A DNA stretch of 62,547 bases from a virus (taxonomy: Duplodnaviria > Caudoviricetes). Under the pieces are notes generated by a model that searched no databases, had not been told where the DNA came from, and saw only the letters and a list, made by a program, of their open reading frames with translations. A program made the translations under genes and the position numbers. This document shows, in pieces, positions 35,694-44,473 of the stretch; positions within the stretch are counted from its first letter, which is position 1, and every line of letters starts with the position of its first letter. The stretch is from positions 1-62,547 of the IMG/VR virus record IMGVR_UViG_3300028585_000005; one strand, given 5' to 3'.

Positions 35694-38600
35694 CTAGGGC
35701 AGGTTCGCGACGAGCTCGTCGAGCACCGCCGCACCGACATTACCGGGGTCCTTCGCGACAGTGACGACGCGCACGGCGCCCTCTTCGATGATGACCTGGC
35801 GTTCGATGCGCTGACCGTCGCCCGAACCGCCGCCTGCCAGCCCCTGTGCGTAGGCGCTGAGGTCGCGCACGGCGGGGTCGACCTGCGACAGGGGACGGTT
35901 CAGCGGCACGACCGCCTCGGGCCCGGCCTCGGCGATGATGCGCGCCTGGCCGCCGCCGAAGACGCCACCCACGGCGGTCTGCGGCAGGCCCGTGATCTGA
36001 GGCGCTCGGATCGCAGGGATCGAGGGCAGCTTCACCCGGATGCCGGAGAAGTCGAGCAGGCTCGAGATGACGCCCTTGAGTCCCGACAGGGCGCCGGTGA
36101 TCAAGCCGGGCAGCGCGCGCCACGCCGCGACGATGCCGTCGCGGGCCGCGGATGCGATGCCGATCGCGGGCTGGAAGAACGCACCGATCGTCTGGCCGAT
36201 GCCCGACATGAAGCCGCGGATCGTCGTCGGCGGGTTCGCCCAGATCTGACCGACCTGGGAGGCGATCTGACCGACCGGGCCGGGCACCTGCTGGAAGATC
36301 GCGATCAGGCTCTGACCGACCTGGCCCATGAAACCGCGGATCGTCGTCGGCGGCGTGGCCCAGATCTGGCCGATCTGGTTCGCGACGCCCTGCACCGGGG
36401 CAGGTGCCTGCTGGAACCAACCAGCAATGCTGGTTCCGATCGTGCCGAGGAAGCCGCGGATCGTGTTGGGCGGGTCGGCGAAGAGCTGGCCGAGCGTGCT
36501 CGCGACGGTCTGCACCGGGGCAGGGGCCTGCTCGAACCAGCCCGCGATCTTCGTGCCGATGTCGCCGAGGGACAGCTGCACGCCGGGCGCGACGGTGCCG
36601 AACGAGTTCGTCATGTTGCTGGCCGACGTGTCGGCCGCTTCCTCGCCGGGGGAGAACAGGTCGGTGACGAGCGCGCCGAAGTCGAGGCCGGCGAACCAGT
36701 CCGTGATCCCGGTCCAGAAGTCCTCGAGTGCCTGGTTGACGCCCTCGTTGAGATCGGAGGCCCAGCTGTCGTCGGGCGCGAAGAGGTCCATGAACCACTC
36801 GGACACGTCGTCCGCCCGGTCGGCGAACCAGTCGCCGATGCCCGTCCAGAAGTCCTCGAGCGCCTGGTTGACGGTGTCATTCAGGTCGGAGGACCAGCTG
36901 TCGTCGGGACCGAAGGCGTCGCCGAGCCACGTGCTGATGTCGTCGCCGATGCCAGCGAACCAGTCGCCGACCCCGGACCAGAAGTCCTCGAGGGCCTGAT
37001 TGACCGTGTCGTTCAGGTCGGCGGCCCAGCCGTCGTCGGTCTTGAACAGGTCCTTGAACCAGCTCGAGATGTCCTTCCCTCGCGCGACGAACCAGTCGCC
37101 TACGCTCTTCCAGAAGTCCTCGAGCGCCTGGTTGACCGTGTCGTCGAGGTCGTCTGCCCACTTGCCGGCGTCGCGGCCCCAGTTCTGCATGGCGATGGTC
37201 GCCTTGGCGAGGGCGGTGCCGAGCCAGTCGAAGAAGCCGAAGTTGCTGGTCTTGCCCCAGGCCATCAGCTTGTCCATCCACGTCGAGTCCGACGCGAACA
37301 GCTCGTCCATGTCCTCCCAGTTGGTCGTCAAGAGCTCGATGGCGAGGGCGATGCCGGTGATGCCGTCGGCGACCGCGGGGGTCAGCAGGTCGAGGACGGG
37401 CTTGAGGGCGGGGAGCACGTCTGCCAGCGCGACCGCGATGTCGGCGAGGGCGCCCGCGGCGTCGACCAGCGCGGGCGAGAGCTCGGGCAGCACGTCCTCG
37501 ACGAGGTCGAGGAGCGCCGAGAGCAGCCCGTCAGGACCGATGAGCGCGGGGATTAGGTCGTCGGCAATGGCGTCGACGACGGGTGCCAGGGCGGGCGAGA
37601 GCTTCTCGAACAGGCCCTTGACGTCGCCGAGGGCGCTCTTGAGGTTGCCGTTCAGCGAGGTCGCGAGGTTGTCCAGAGCGGGCTTGAGCGGGGAGAGGAT
37701 GTCGGCGACGGTCTGCAGCGCGGCGACGAACAGGCCGATCGGGTCGAGCTTGCCGATGGTGTCGAGGAAGCCGCCGACCGCGGGCATCAGGTCGGCCAGG
37801 CCCTCGAGGGCGTTGTTGAGCTTCGTGATCGTGTCGGTCGTGACCAGGCCAGCGAGCGTGTCGCCGACGGCGCCGAGCAGGCGCGCGACCTTGGGCCCGA
37901 CGCGCTCTGCCGTGGAGAACCACTGCAGGATGCGCTCGCGCCCCTCCTCGCTCTCCGACCAGCGAGCGAACTCGCCCGTGATGTCCTCGATGTAGCCGAA
38001 GAACTTCTGCGCCGTGGGGATGCCGGTGACGAAGACCGAGCCGATGCCCGCGCCAAGGCTGATGAGGGTGTTGAACAGGCTGTCGAGGATCGGCTCGAAG
38101 CCGGTGAGCAGCCGGTCCATGTCCTCGAGCGCCTTGGGCGTAGTGAGCTTCGTGGCGAGGCTGCGGAAGAAGCGGTTGCCAGCGTCGGCCGCGAGACCGA
38201 ACCCCTTCGAGAGGACGGGCAGCAGCTTGCCCCCGAGGTTCTCGATGTCGGGCGCGAGGTCAGCGAAGAGCCGCCCCTGGATCTCCTTCTTGATCGAGAC
38301 GAAGCCCTTGCCGAGCTCGCGCAGCGCCAGGGCAGCCGGGCGCGCGGCAGGCTCGATGTCCTCGATGGGGCCGGTGATCCCCTTGATGCCCGCGATGAGC
38401 ACGCCGACGCCGGTCACGGCCGCGAGGGCGCCGATGCCGAGCGCGGCCAGCCCGCCTCCGGCCGCCGAGCCGAGCACGGCGATGTCGGTGCCGAGGGCGG
38501 CGATGATCGCGCCGATGAAGATGATGTCCTGCAGCTGGTCCGGCAGCTGGTTGAAGTTGAAGTCGCGCTTGAAGCGCCGGCCGGAGCCGCTGGCCTTGTC

Positions 38601-39290
38601 GACCTTCTTCGACAGCCGGTCCATGCTGTTGCCGACCTCGTCGATGTCGCGGGTCTTGCCGCTGAACGAGTTCAGGAACCGCTCGCCGATCGGCGTCGCG
38701 CCGACCCACGACTGACGGAGGCGGTCGACGAGCGTGCGCGAGGTGCGCAGCCGATCCTCGGACTCGGCCTCGGAACGGAGCCGCCGGTCGAGCGCGAGGT
38801 TCAAGTCGCGCTCAGTCGAGATGCGCTCCTGCACGGCGCGGTTCGCGTCGAGGTTGCCCTTCTCGAAGGCGTCGAGCTGACCGTTGAGGTTGTCGTACAT
38901 CTGCGTGCTCAGGCCGCCGGCCTCGTTGAGCTCGCGCATCTTGTCGCGCAGGTCGCCCAGCGCGGTGTCGGCGTCGCCGGTCTGCTTGACGAAGTTGCTC
39001 AGGCCGTTCGTCTTGCCGAAGATGTCGGCCAGCTCGTCGGCGATGCCCTGCTTGTTGCGGCGGATGACGCCCTGCATGGAGTCGGTGAAGCTGATGCCGG
39101 CCAGCTCGCCGTTCTTCCGCATGTCGTCGCGGAGCTCCTTGGAGAGCGACGTCAGCTCCTTGGAGAAGCCCTCGTTGAACCCCTCGCCAGCGAGTCCGCC
39201 AGCCTCGGCGCCCATCTTGCGCGCCTTGCCCGGAAGGCCACGTCCATCGAAGTCGACGAGGAAGTCGACCTCTCCGATGTTGCGTCCCAC
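35694..39290 (-). CDS. Tape measure protein
   Basis: 1198 aa, Ala/Gly/Leu-rich, periodic W/F repeats (VNQALEDFW x4, TIRGF x3); follows the chaperones. Confidence 0.92.
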   Translation of the reverse strand: MGRNIGEVDFLVDFDGRGLPGKARKMGAEAGGLAGEGFNEGFSKELTSLSKELRDDMRKNGELAGISFTDSMQGVIRRNKQGIADELADIFGKTNGLSNFVKQTGDADTALGDLRDKMRELNEAGGLSTQMYDNLNGQLDAFEKGNLDANRAVQERISTERDLNLALDRRLRSEAESEDRLRTSRTLVDRLRQSWVGATPIGERFLNSFSGKTRDIDEVGNSMDRLSKKVDKASGSGRRFKRDFNFNQLPDQLQDIIFIGAIIAALGTDIAVLGSAAGGGLAALGIGALAAVTGVGVLIAGIKGITGPIEDIEPAARPAALALRELGKGFVSIKKEIQGRLFADLAPDIENLGGKLLPVLSKGFGLAADAGNRFFRSLATKLTTPKALEDMDRLLTGFEPILDSLFNTLISLGAGIGSVFVTGIPTAQKFFGYIEDITGEFARWSESEEGRERILQWFSTAERVGPKVARLLGAVGDTLAGLVTTDTITKLNNALEGLADLMPAVGGFLDTIGKLDPIGLFVAALQTVADILSPLKPALDNLATSLNGNLKSALGDVKGLFEKLSPALAPVVDAIADDLIPALIGPDGLLSALLDLVEDVLPELSPALVDAAGALADIAVALADVLPALKPVLDLLTPAVADGITGIALAIELLTTNWEDMDELFASDSTWMDKLMAWGKTSNFGFFDWLGTALAKATIAMQNWGRDAGKWADDLDDTVNQALEDFWKSVGDWFVARGKDISSWFKDLFKTDDGWAADLNDTVNQALEDFWSGVGDWFAGIGDDISTWLGDAFGPDDSWSSDLNDTVNQALEDFWTGIGDWFADRADDVSEWFMDLFAPDDSWASDLNEGVNQALEDFWTGITDWFAGLDFGALVTDLFSPGEEAADTSASNMTNSFGTVAPGVQLSLGDIGTKIAGWFEQAPAPVQTVASTLGQLFADPPNTIRGFLGTIGTSIAGWFQQAPAPVQGVANQIGQIWATPPTTIRGFMGQVGQSLIAIFQQVPGPVGQIASQVGQIWANPPTTIRGFMSGIGQTIGAFFQPAIGIASAARDGIVAAWRALPGLITGALSGLKGVISSLLDFSGIRVKLPSIPAIRAPQITGLPQTAVGGVFGGGQARIIAEAGPEAVVPLNRPLSQVDPAVRDLSAYAQGLAGGGSGDGQRIERQVIIEEGAVRVVTVAKDPGNVGAAVLDELVANLP
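36419..36435. repeat. 17-bp palindrome copy 18, inside the tape measure gene (TSIAG)
   Basis: AACCAGCAATGCTGGTT. Confidence 0.9.
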
Positions 39291-39308
39291 GTGGCCCTCC
39301 TGGGCTTC

Positions 39309-39604
39309 CTAGCCGGTGGTCTTCTGCTTGAAGGCCATCAGCATTTCCATCTCGGCTTCGATCAGCGCCTTCTCCACCTTGCCCGCCCGGGTGATCCCGG
39401 GGAGGGGGGCGAGGAGGTCCAGCTTCCAGGCGTCGAGCTCTTCGGGCTTGAGTCTCTCAGTCACCCACGCGTGGATCGTGTTGCAGAACCGGCGAGGCGA
39501 CAGGGTCATCGGGCTGGGGAGCCCTTTCAGCGCGAAACTCGCGTCGATCCCCTCCCAGTTGACTGCCGCGATCCAGTAGAGCCGGACCGCGGCTGGGTAG
39601 GGCG
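39309..39604 (-). CDS. Tail assembly chaperone, frameshifted C-terminal part
   Basis: The -1 frame reads PYPAAVRLYWIAAVNWEGIDA...; lies between the chaperone and the tape measure. Confidence 0.6.
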
Positions 39605-39949
39605 CTCGGTCACCTGCTCGCAGAGCCAGCCGACGATCTCCTGCATGTCGTCGATCTCGAGCGGGTCCTTCGGGTCGGCCAGCCGGTGCCGCAGGACGTT
39701 CCAGGAGGTCGTGTCGAGGACGTTGCGGAGGAACTCAGTGAGCCCCTCCATCGTGTCCATGCCCGAGCTGTCGCGGCCCATGGCCGACATCAGCAGGGCG
39801 ACCTGCTCCTGCGTGGGCGGCCCCGGGGCGCGGAAGCTGTCGCCCTTCTTGTTGATGCCCTCGCCGTTGATCTTGAACGTGATCGGCTCGACGACCTCGT
39901 CGTCGCGCTCCTCTCGGATCGCGCTCTCGAAGTTCTTCATCTGTGCCAT
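39527..39949 (-). CDS. Tail assembly chaperone
   Basis: GGAG RBS; MAQMKNF start; RLADPKDPL...ERPT followed by a Ser-rich tail. Confidence 0.8.
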   Translation of the reverse strand: MAQMKNFESAIREERDDEVVEPITFKINGEGINKKGDSFRAPGPPTQEQVALLMSAMGRDSSGMDTMEGLTEFLRNVLDTTSWNVLRHRLADPKDPLEIDDMQEIVGWLCEQVTERPTQPRSGSTGSRQSTGRGSTRVSR

Positions 39950-39975
39950 GGTGACTCCATCCGGGGTGAGGGGAC

Positions 39976-40386
39976 CTAGATCAGGCCCCGCCGCAAGAGT
40001 ACAGCCCGGGCTGCCTCCTCCATCCACGGATTCGCGCGCTGACCAGCAACGCTCTTGACGACGCGGGGGCCGTAGCCGCCGCCGCGCGGGAGGCTCAGGC
40101 GGTCGCCCCGCTTCGGGAGGATCGGACCCGTCGTGCCGCTGTGCACCCAGGAGGCGTGCTCGGCGCTGGCCGAGATCCGGCCCGACGTCCGGTAGCGCCC
40201 GACCTTGAGCACGCCGTTGTTCTTGTGCGACGCCTTGAGACGGCCGGACCGGGCGGGCGCGCGCTCAACGGCTGCGGCGAAGATCTCCCGGTTGAGCGTG
40301 CTGCCGAACCGGCCGACCTCGCCGTAGCGATCGAAGAGGGCGCTGATCTGCTGGTCGTAGACCTTCACCCGGACGAGGCCGGCCAC
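39976..40386 (-). CDS. HK97 gp10-like neck/tail-completion protein
   Basis: APARSGRLKAS...HASWVHSGT...GQRANPWM. Confidence 0.75.
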   Translation of the reverse strand: MAGLVRVKVYDQQISALFDRYGEVGRFGSTLNREIFAAAVERAPARSGRLKASHKNNGVLKVGRYRTSGRISASAEHASWVHSGTTGPILPKRGDRLSLPRGGGYGPRVVKSVAGQRANPWMEEAARAVLLRRGLI

Positions 40387-40389
40387 GAG

Positions 40390-40914
40390 CTACGCCGACT
40401 TGAGGCGCTGCACCGTGACGGTCCACGACCCCGAGGTGATGTCGCCGAGGGTGAGCGTGGCGTACTGGCCGAGGAGGAACTGGCGCTGCGAGAAGCACCG
40501 GCAGATCGCGAGGCGCAGGGCGGTCATGTCGGCCAGCTGCAGGGCCGTCGTCGCCCGCCGCTCCTCAACACTGAGCGGCACGCCGCGGTCGTGGACGAGC
40601 AGCTTGCGCGCGATGCCGAGCTCGATCGTGTAGGCGAGCGACTCGTTCGGGTAGCGCAGCGCGCGCGTGGCGGGCTCGGGAAAGCTGTCGAGCTCGACGT
40701 CGGTCGGGTAGCCCGCGACGAGCCGGGCCCACAGCTTGCCAGGGCAGCCCTCCTCGTCGGGGTCCTCGCAGAAGCCGTCGAAGACTGCCTCTTGGCCGAA
40801 GGCCAGCTCGGGGTGGGCGACCGGGATCTGGCGCTCCTCGAGCACGTCCACGGCACAGTCGAGCAGGTCCTCCATCAGAGGCAGTGCGGTGGTGTCGTCG
40901 ATCATGGGTGCCAT
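40390..40914 (-). CDS. Tail terminator-like protein
   Basis: Position and size; YTIELGIAR motif. Confidence 0.6.
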   Translation of the reverse strand: MAPMIDDTTALPLMEDLLDCAVDVLEERQIPVAHPELAFGQEAVFDGFCEDPDEEGCPGKLWARLVAGYPTDVELDSFPEPATRALRYPNESLAYTIELGIARKLLVHDRGVPLSVEERRATTALQLADMTALRLAICRCFSQRQFLLGQYATLTLGDITSGSWTVTVQRLKSA

Positions 40915-40918
40915 CCTC

Positions 40919-42511
40919 TCAGAACGCTTGCGAGACGTCGCGGACGCCAGCGACTTGCAGCGCCCGGGCGCCCTTTTTGACCGCGCCCTTCGCGTCGTCC
41001 TGCGTCTTCACGATGTGCCCGATGACGCGCTTGCCGGTCGCGCCTCCCGCGATCCGCACCGTCTCGGCCCAGACCGCCTCGGTGGCGTTGAACTCCATGC
41101 CGAGGTAGTCCCACTTCGCCGCCGTCGCGCTGAGCAGCGGCTCCTGCGTGGCGGTCCCGTCCGACTTGAACCCGGTGATCGCCTCCGTGTACGCGTAGCC
41201 CCATGCCTTGCAGCCGATGGCGTGGAACTCGTCGGCGATGGCGGTGCCCGTGTGGTAGAACTTGCCGAGCACCCGCCGCTTGTAGTCGGCGATCTGCTGG
41301 ATGCGCGCGTAGAGCACCTGCCGGTTCGCGGTGCTGAGCAGCTTTGGGTCGAACATCAGCGTGTGCGTGCCCGACCAGCGCTCGATGAACTCGTCGATGC
41401 TCATGTAGCGCGACGTCGTGTAGCGCGGGTCGCCCCGGTTGGGGAGATCCTGCACCAGGCCCTGCACCTGCGACCAGGTCAGGTCCGTCGTCTTCACACC
41501 GGCCGCGACCGACGAGCTCGTCCTCGAGTACGTGCTGTCGTGGATGCCGAACAGCACACCGTCGGACGTGATGCCGACGCTGAACTCGAGCACGTCGAGG
41601 TGGTTGATCGCGCAGTTCAGGTAGCCCTCGGGCGAGTGCTCCTGGTAGTCGGCCGACCCGCCGCGGTGGCCCATCGTCCACACCCGGTTGATCCGGTCGA
41701 GGTCGGGGACGAAGGTGCCGCCGTGCACGAACTCGATCTTGCTCAGCGACACCTCCTTGCCGGCGGAGTCGATCGCCGTCAGGCCGACCGGGACGGCGTT
41801 GCCCTGCTCGTTGACGACCATCGCCGACAGCGGGGTGACCGGCACGACGGTGTCGGGCACGGGCTCGATGACGATCATGATCGACCCGCGGTTGCCCGAC
41901 GAGTTGGCCGTGCCGTCGTCCTTGAGCCACGTCGACACGGCATCGCCAGACGCCCCCGGCGTCGCCATCTCGCGGTGCGCGAGCAGCACCGAGTTGATCG
42001 GGCTGCCCGTGTGGATGTACCAGCCGTCCTTGACGAACGGGGAGGCGACCGAGATCTTGTCGTAGGTCTCGGTCGCGGCCGTCGCCTCGCCCTGGATGCT
42101 GACGACGAGGCTGTTCGGCACGGTCGTCGTGACGCCCGGCGTGTTCTGCACGTTGCCGGTCGAGGTGCGCAGGTACGCGCCGACGGCGCCCGCCTTGCCG
42201 GCCCCGTAGAACAGGTAGCCCATCGCCGTGCCGGTGGTGTTCATCGTGAAGGTGACACTGTTGGCGTCGCCCGTTGCCCGGACGTGCTGGTACACGGCCA
42301 GGTAGCGGGTGCCCATCGCTGCCGGCGCGAGCACGACCGACCACCCCGACGGCGGGTTGGGGATGCTGGTCGCCGAGACGAAGACGATCGCCACGGTCAT
42401 CAGGTCGCCGACGACAGGCGCGGTCGAGTCGGTCGGCACCGCGACGACGAGCGACGACGTGCCGCCGTTGCTCGAACCGAGCTTGCCGCGGATCGTGGGG
42501 ACGGTTGTCAC
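40919..42511 (-). CDS. Virion-associated glycerophosphodiester phosphodiesterase (GDPD) fusion
   Basis: N-terminal beta-rich domain; C-terminal GHRGG...EHS...LEFSV...TSDGV...HD. Confidence 0.8.
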   Translation of the reverse strand: MTTVPTIRGKLGSSNGGTSSLVVAVPTDSTAPVVGDLMTVAIVFVSATSIPNPPSGWSVVLAPAAMGTRYLAVYQHVRATGDANSVTFTMNTTGTAMGYLFYGAGKAGAVGAYLRTSTGNVQNTPGVTTTVPNSLVVSIQGEATAATETYDKISVASPFVKDGWYIHTGSPINSVLLAHREMATPGASGDAVSTWLKDDGTANSSGNRGSIMIVIEPVPDTVVPVTPLSAMVVNEQGNAVPVGLTAIDSAGKEVSLSKIEFVHGGTFVPDLDRINRVWTMGHRGGSADYQEHSPEGYLNCAINHLDVLEFSVGITSDGVLFGIHDSTYSRTSSSVAAGVKTTDLTWSQVQGLVQDLPNRGDPRYTTSRYMSIDEFIERWSGTHTLMFDPKLLSTANRQVLYARIQQIADYKRRVLGKFYHTGTAIADEFHAIGCKAWGYAYTEAITGFKSDGTATQEPLLSATAAKWDYLGMEFNATEAVWAETVRIAGGATGKRVIGHIVKTQDDAKGAVKKGARALQVAGVRDVSQAF

Positions 42512-42825
42512 TGCTGTGCCGGTCGGTAGCCGAGGAGCTGGCCGGGCACGGCGTCAGCCGGAGGCTTGTTGACGCCCGGGTCGAGCAGGCGGAACCCGCC
42601 AGGGGGGCCCTGCGGTCCGGTCGCGCCGGAGTCGCCGGGCTGCAGCGAGGTGTTCGCCTTGGCGAGGGACGCCTGCGACGCCGCCGACAGCGAGAGGGTG
42701 ACGTCGGCCGCGAGGGTGCCACCGCCGGTGAGGCCCGTGCCCGCCGTGATCTTGCGGCCACGGACGGTCTTGAACTCCGTAGCCACCCGCACGAAGCCGC
42801 TGAGCACGGCGGACACGAGGCTCAT
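42508..42825 (-). CDS. Head/neck fibre-like protein with a short collagen-like repeat
   Basis: AGTGLTGGGTL; GDSGATGPQGPPG. Confidence 0.7.
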   Translation of the reverse strand: MSLVSAVLSGFVRVATEFKTVRGRKITAGTGLTGGGTLAADVTLSLSAASQASLAKANTSLQPGDSGATGPQGPPGGFRLLDPGVNKPPADAVPGQLLGYRPAQQ

Positions 42826-43355
42826 GCCAGGGCCGCCTCGAAGGCCGCGACGAAGTCGGTCGTGGTGTCGCCGATGTCACTCTTGCCGTAGACGTCGAGG
42901 TTCTTCTGCCCCTGCGCCTTCTGCCCGGCGGTGAGCGACTGGTCGGCATCGAACCGGAGGCGCACCCCGAGCGCCGTGGTGTTCGCCGCGGTGGCGGAGT
43001 CGTTCTCGCCGTCGGTGTCGCGGACGAACTTGATCACCTCGATCAGGCTGTCGAGGTCGGTCGAGAGGGTGCCGCCGAGCACGTCGGCCTTGACCTGCGC
43101 GCCGACCTCGGCGAGGCGCGACTCCGTCTTGCTCGAGCTGTAGACCTTCGTCGTCGACGAGGCGCTGTCGTCGATCGGCGCACCGCCCGACCCGCCGCTC
43201 GGCTTGGCGTTGACCTCGTTGATCGCGTTCACGATCGAGCTCTTGTCCTGGGTCGTCAGGTTCGCGAGCAGACCGGTGACCGCCTTGACGGCCTTGATCT
43301 CGGTCGCGACCCGGGTGAACCCGTTCTGGATGTTGGTGATCAGTGCGTTAGCCAT
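42822..43355 (-). CDS. Head/neck fibre-like protein
   Basis: LTTQDKSSIVNAINEV and YSSSK fibre motifs; N-terminus paralogous to 42508-42825 (GF-x-RVATE-x-K). Confidence 0.75.
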   Translation of the reverse strand: MANALITNIQNGFTRVATEIKAVKAVTGLLANLTTQDKSSIVNAINEVNAKPSGGSGGAPIDDSASSTTKVYSSSKTESRLAEVGAQVKADVLGGTLSTDLDSLIEVIKFVRDTDGENDSATAANTTALGVRLRFDADQSLTAGQKAQGQKNLDVYGKSDIGDTTTDFVAAFEAALA

Positions 43356-43534
43356 CAGGCAAGTCCGTTCTCGAAGATGAGCGCGAACGACGGGGCGTCG
43401 TCGTAGGCGGAGTGGGGGTTCGGGTCTTCCTCGTGCGGCGTGACCGTCGCAGCCTCGATGGCGCCGACCACGCGCTCGGGCGGCAGGAAGGTGTCCTCGT
43501 TGATCGTGACGAAGATCGGTCGCTGGTCGGCCAT
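43355..43534 (-). CDS. Small structural-region protein
   Basis: TGATG overlaps; HSAYDD...IFENGL. Confidence 0.65.
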   Translation of the reverse strand: MADQRPIFVTINEDTFLPPERVVGAIEAATVTPHEEDPNPHSAYDDAPSFALIFENGLA

Positions 43535-44403
43535 CACGGCTCCAATCGGTAGTAGCCCGCGCCCAGCGCGGTGTCGGGCACGAGGTTACCGGGGTAGCCC
43601 GGCGTCGGAGGCGTCGACCCGCGCGACGACGTGACGACGCGGTCCTGGTCCATGGTGTCGATCGAGAAGACGCGGCTCGGCACCTTGAGGCCGTGCGGAT
43701 TCAGGCGGGCGACGTAAGCGTCGACCTCGACGATGCCCGTGGCCTGGCCGGGGGAGAAGGCCGACTGCGCCATCTCGAACGTGACGCCCTGCCGAGTGAC
43801 GGCGGTGACCTGGGAAGGGAGGACGCATCGCTTCCCCTCGAGCAGGGCGAGGTACTCGCGGGCCAGCTTGCCGGCTGCCCAGTCGGCGAGGTTGTCGGGG
43901 GCGGCGCCGTCGAAGTAGGTGACCATGATCGAGCCGAGAGCGCCAGGCTCGGCGTGCGCGCTCGAGGCGAGCGGCCAGGTCTTCCCGTCGACGCGGACGA
44001 GGATGCTGCCGTTCTCGACCCGGTAGGCGGTCGGGCCGAGCACGACGCCGTCGACCTCGACGGCGATCATCCGGGCGACCGTCCCGGGCAGGCGCAGTTC
44101 GGTGGACAGGTCGCAGCGGCAGCCGCTGCGGTGAACGGCGTTGCGCCACTGGCCGTCGATGCCGAGGTAGGGGTGGAAGGGGCCCTGGGCGCCACCCACG
44201 GGCGCGGTGAAGTAGGTGCCGGGGTCACAGGCCGCACGACCGGGCGAGATCTCGAGGGCGCAGAGCGAGAGACGGTAGCCCGTCAGCGTCTGCAGCGTGG
44301 CCCAGGCGAACTCCTCGGCGAGGTCGCGGCGGGCGAGCTCCTCTTCGGTGGCGTCAGCCCAGCTCTTCGAGCCCCAGTGAGTCGTCGGGGGGTAGCAGTT
44401 CAC
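43534..44403 (-). CDS. Head-to-tail adaptor
   Basis: AGGAG RBS and GTG; C-x-LP-x-x-VT-x-VTRQGV and TGIVEVD-x-x-V-x-x-LNP motifs of cluster-B-like adaptors. Confidence 0.8.
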   Translation of the reverse strand: MNCYPPTTHWGSKSWADATEEELARRDLAEEFAWATLQTLTGYRLSLCALEISPGRAACDPGTYFTAPVGGAQGPFHPYLGIDGQWRNAVHRSGCRCDLSTELRLPGTVARMIAVEVDGVVLGPTAYRVENGSILVRVDGKTWPLASSAHAEPGALGSIMVTYFDGAAPDNLADWAAGKLAREYLALLEGKRCVLPSQVTAVTRQGVTFEMAQSAFSPGQATGIVEVDAYVARLNPHGLKVPSRVFSIDTMDQDRVVTSSRGSTPPTPGYPGNLVPDTALGAGYYRLEP

Positions 44404-44423
44404 GAGATGCTCCTGTCGAGAGT

Positions 44424-44454
44424 GAGGCCCGACCAGCAATGCTGGTCGGGCCTC
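44424..44454. terminator. Perfect hairpin after the major tail gene with palindrome copy 19 (44431-44447) as its core
   Basis: GAGGCCC-GACCAGCAATGCTGGTC-GGGCCTC. Confidence 0.75.
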
Positions 44455-44473
44455 CTCATTCTTGCGGGTCAGG

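Noticed and set aside
36180-37160. Tandem DNA repeats in the tape measure gene as a diversity-generating or mobile element
   Set aside because: Normal tape-measure peptide repeats; no reverse transcriptase or transposase was recognised in the window.
31143-37556. 2137-aa + strand ORF and other very long antisense ORFs (45865-48960, 49602-52490, 22270-23850)
   Set aside because: These are shadow ORFs opposite well-supported genes; high GC3 removes stop codons in antisense frames and the translations have no recognisable motifs.
40040-40053. Additional palindrome copy (TGACCAGCAACGCT)
   Set aside because: Only one half-site matches; similar half-sites (for example near 37243) are expected by chance or from coding.
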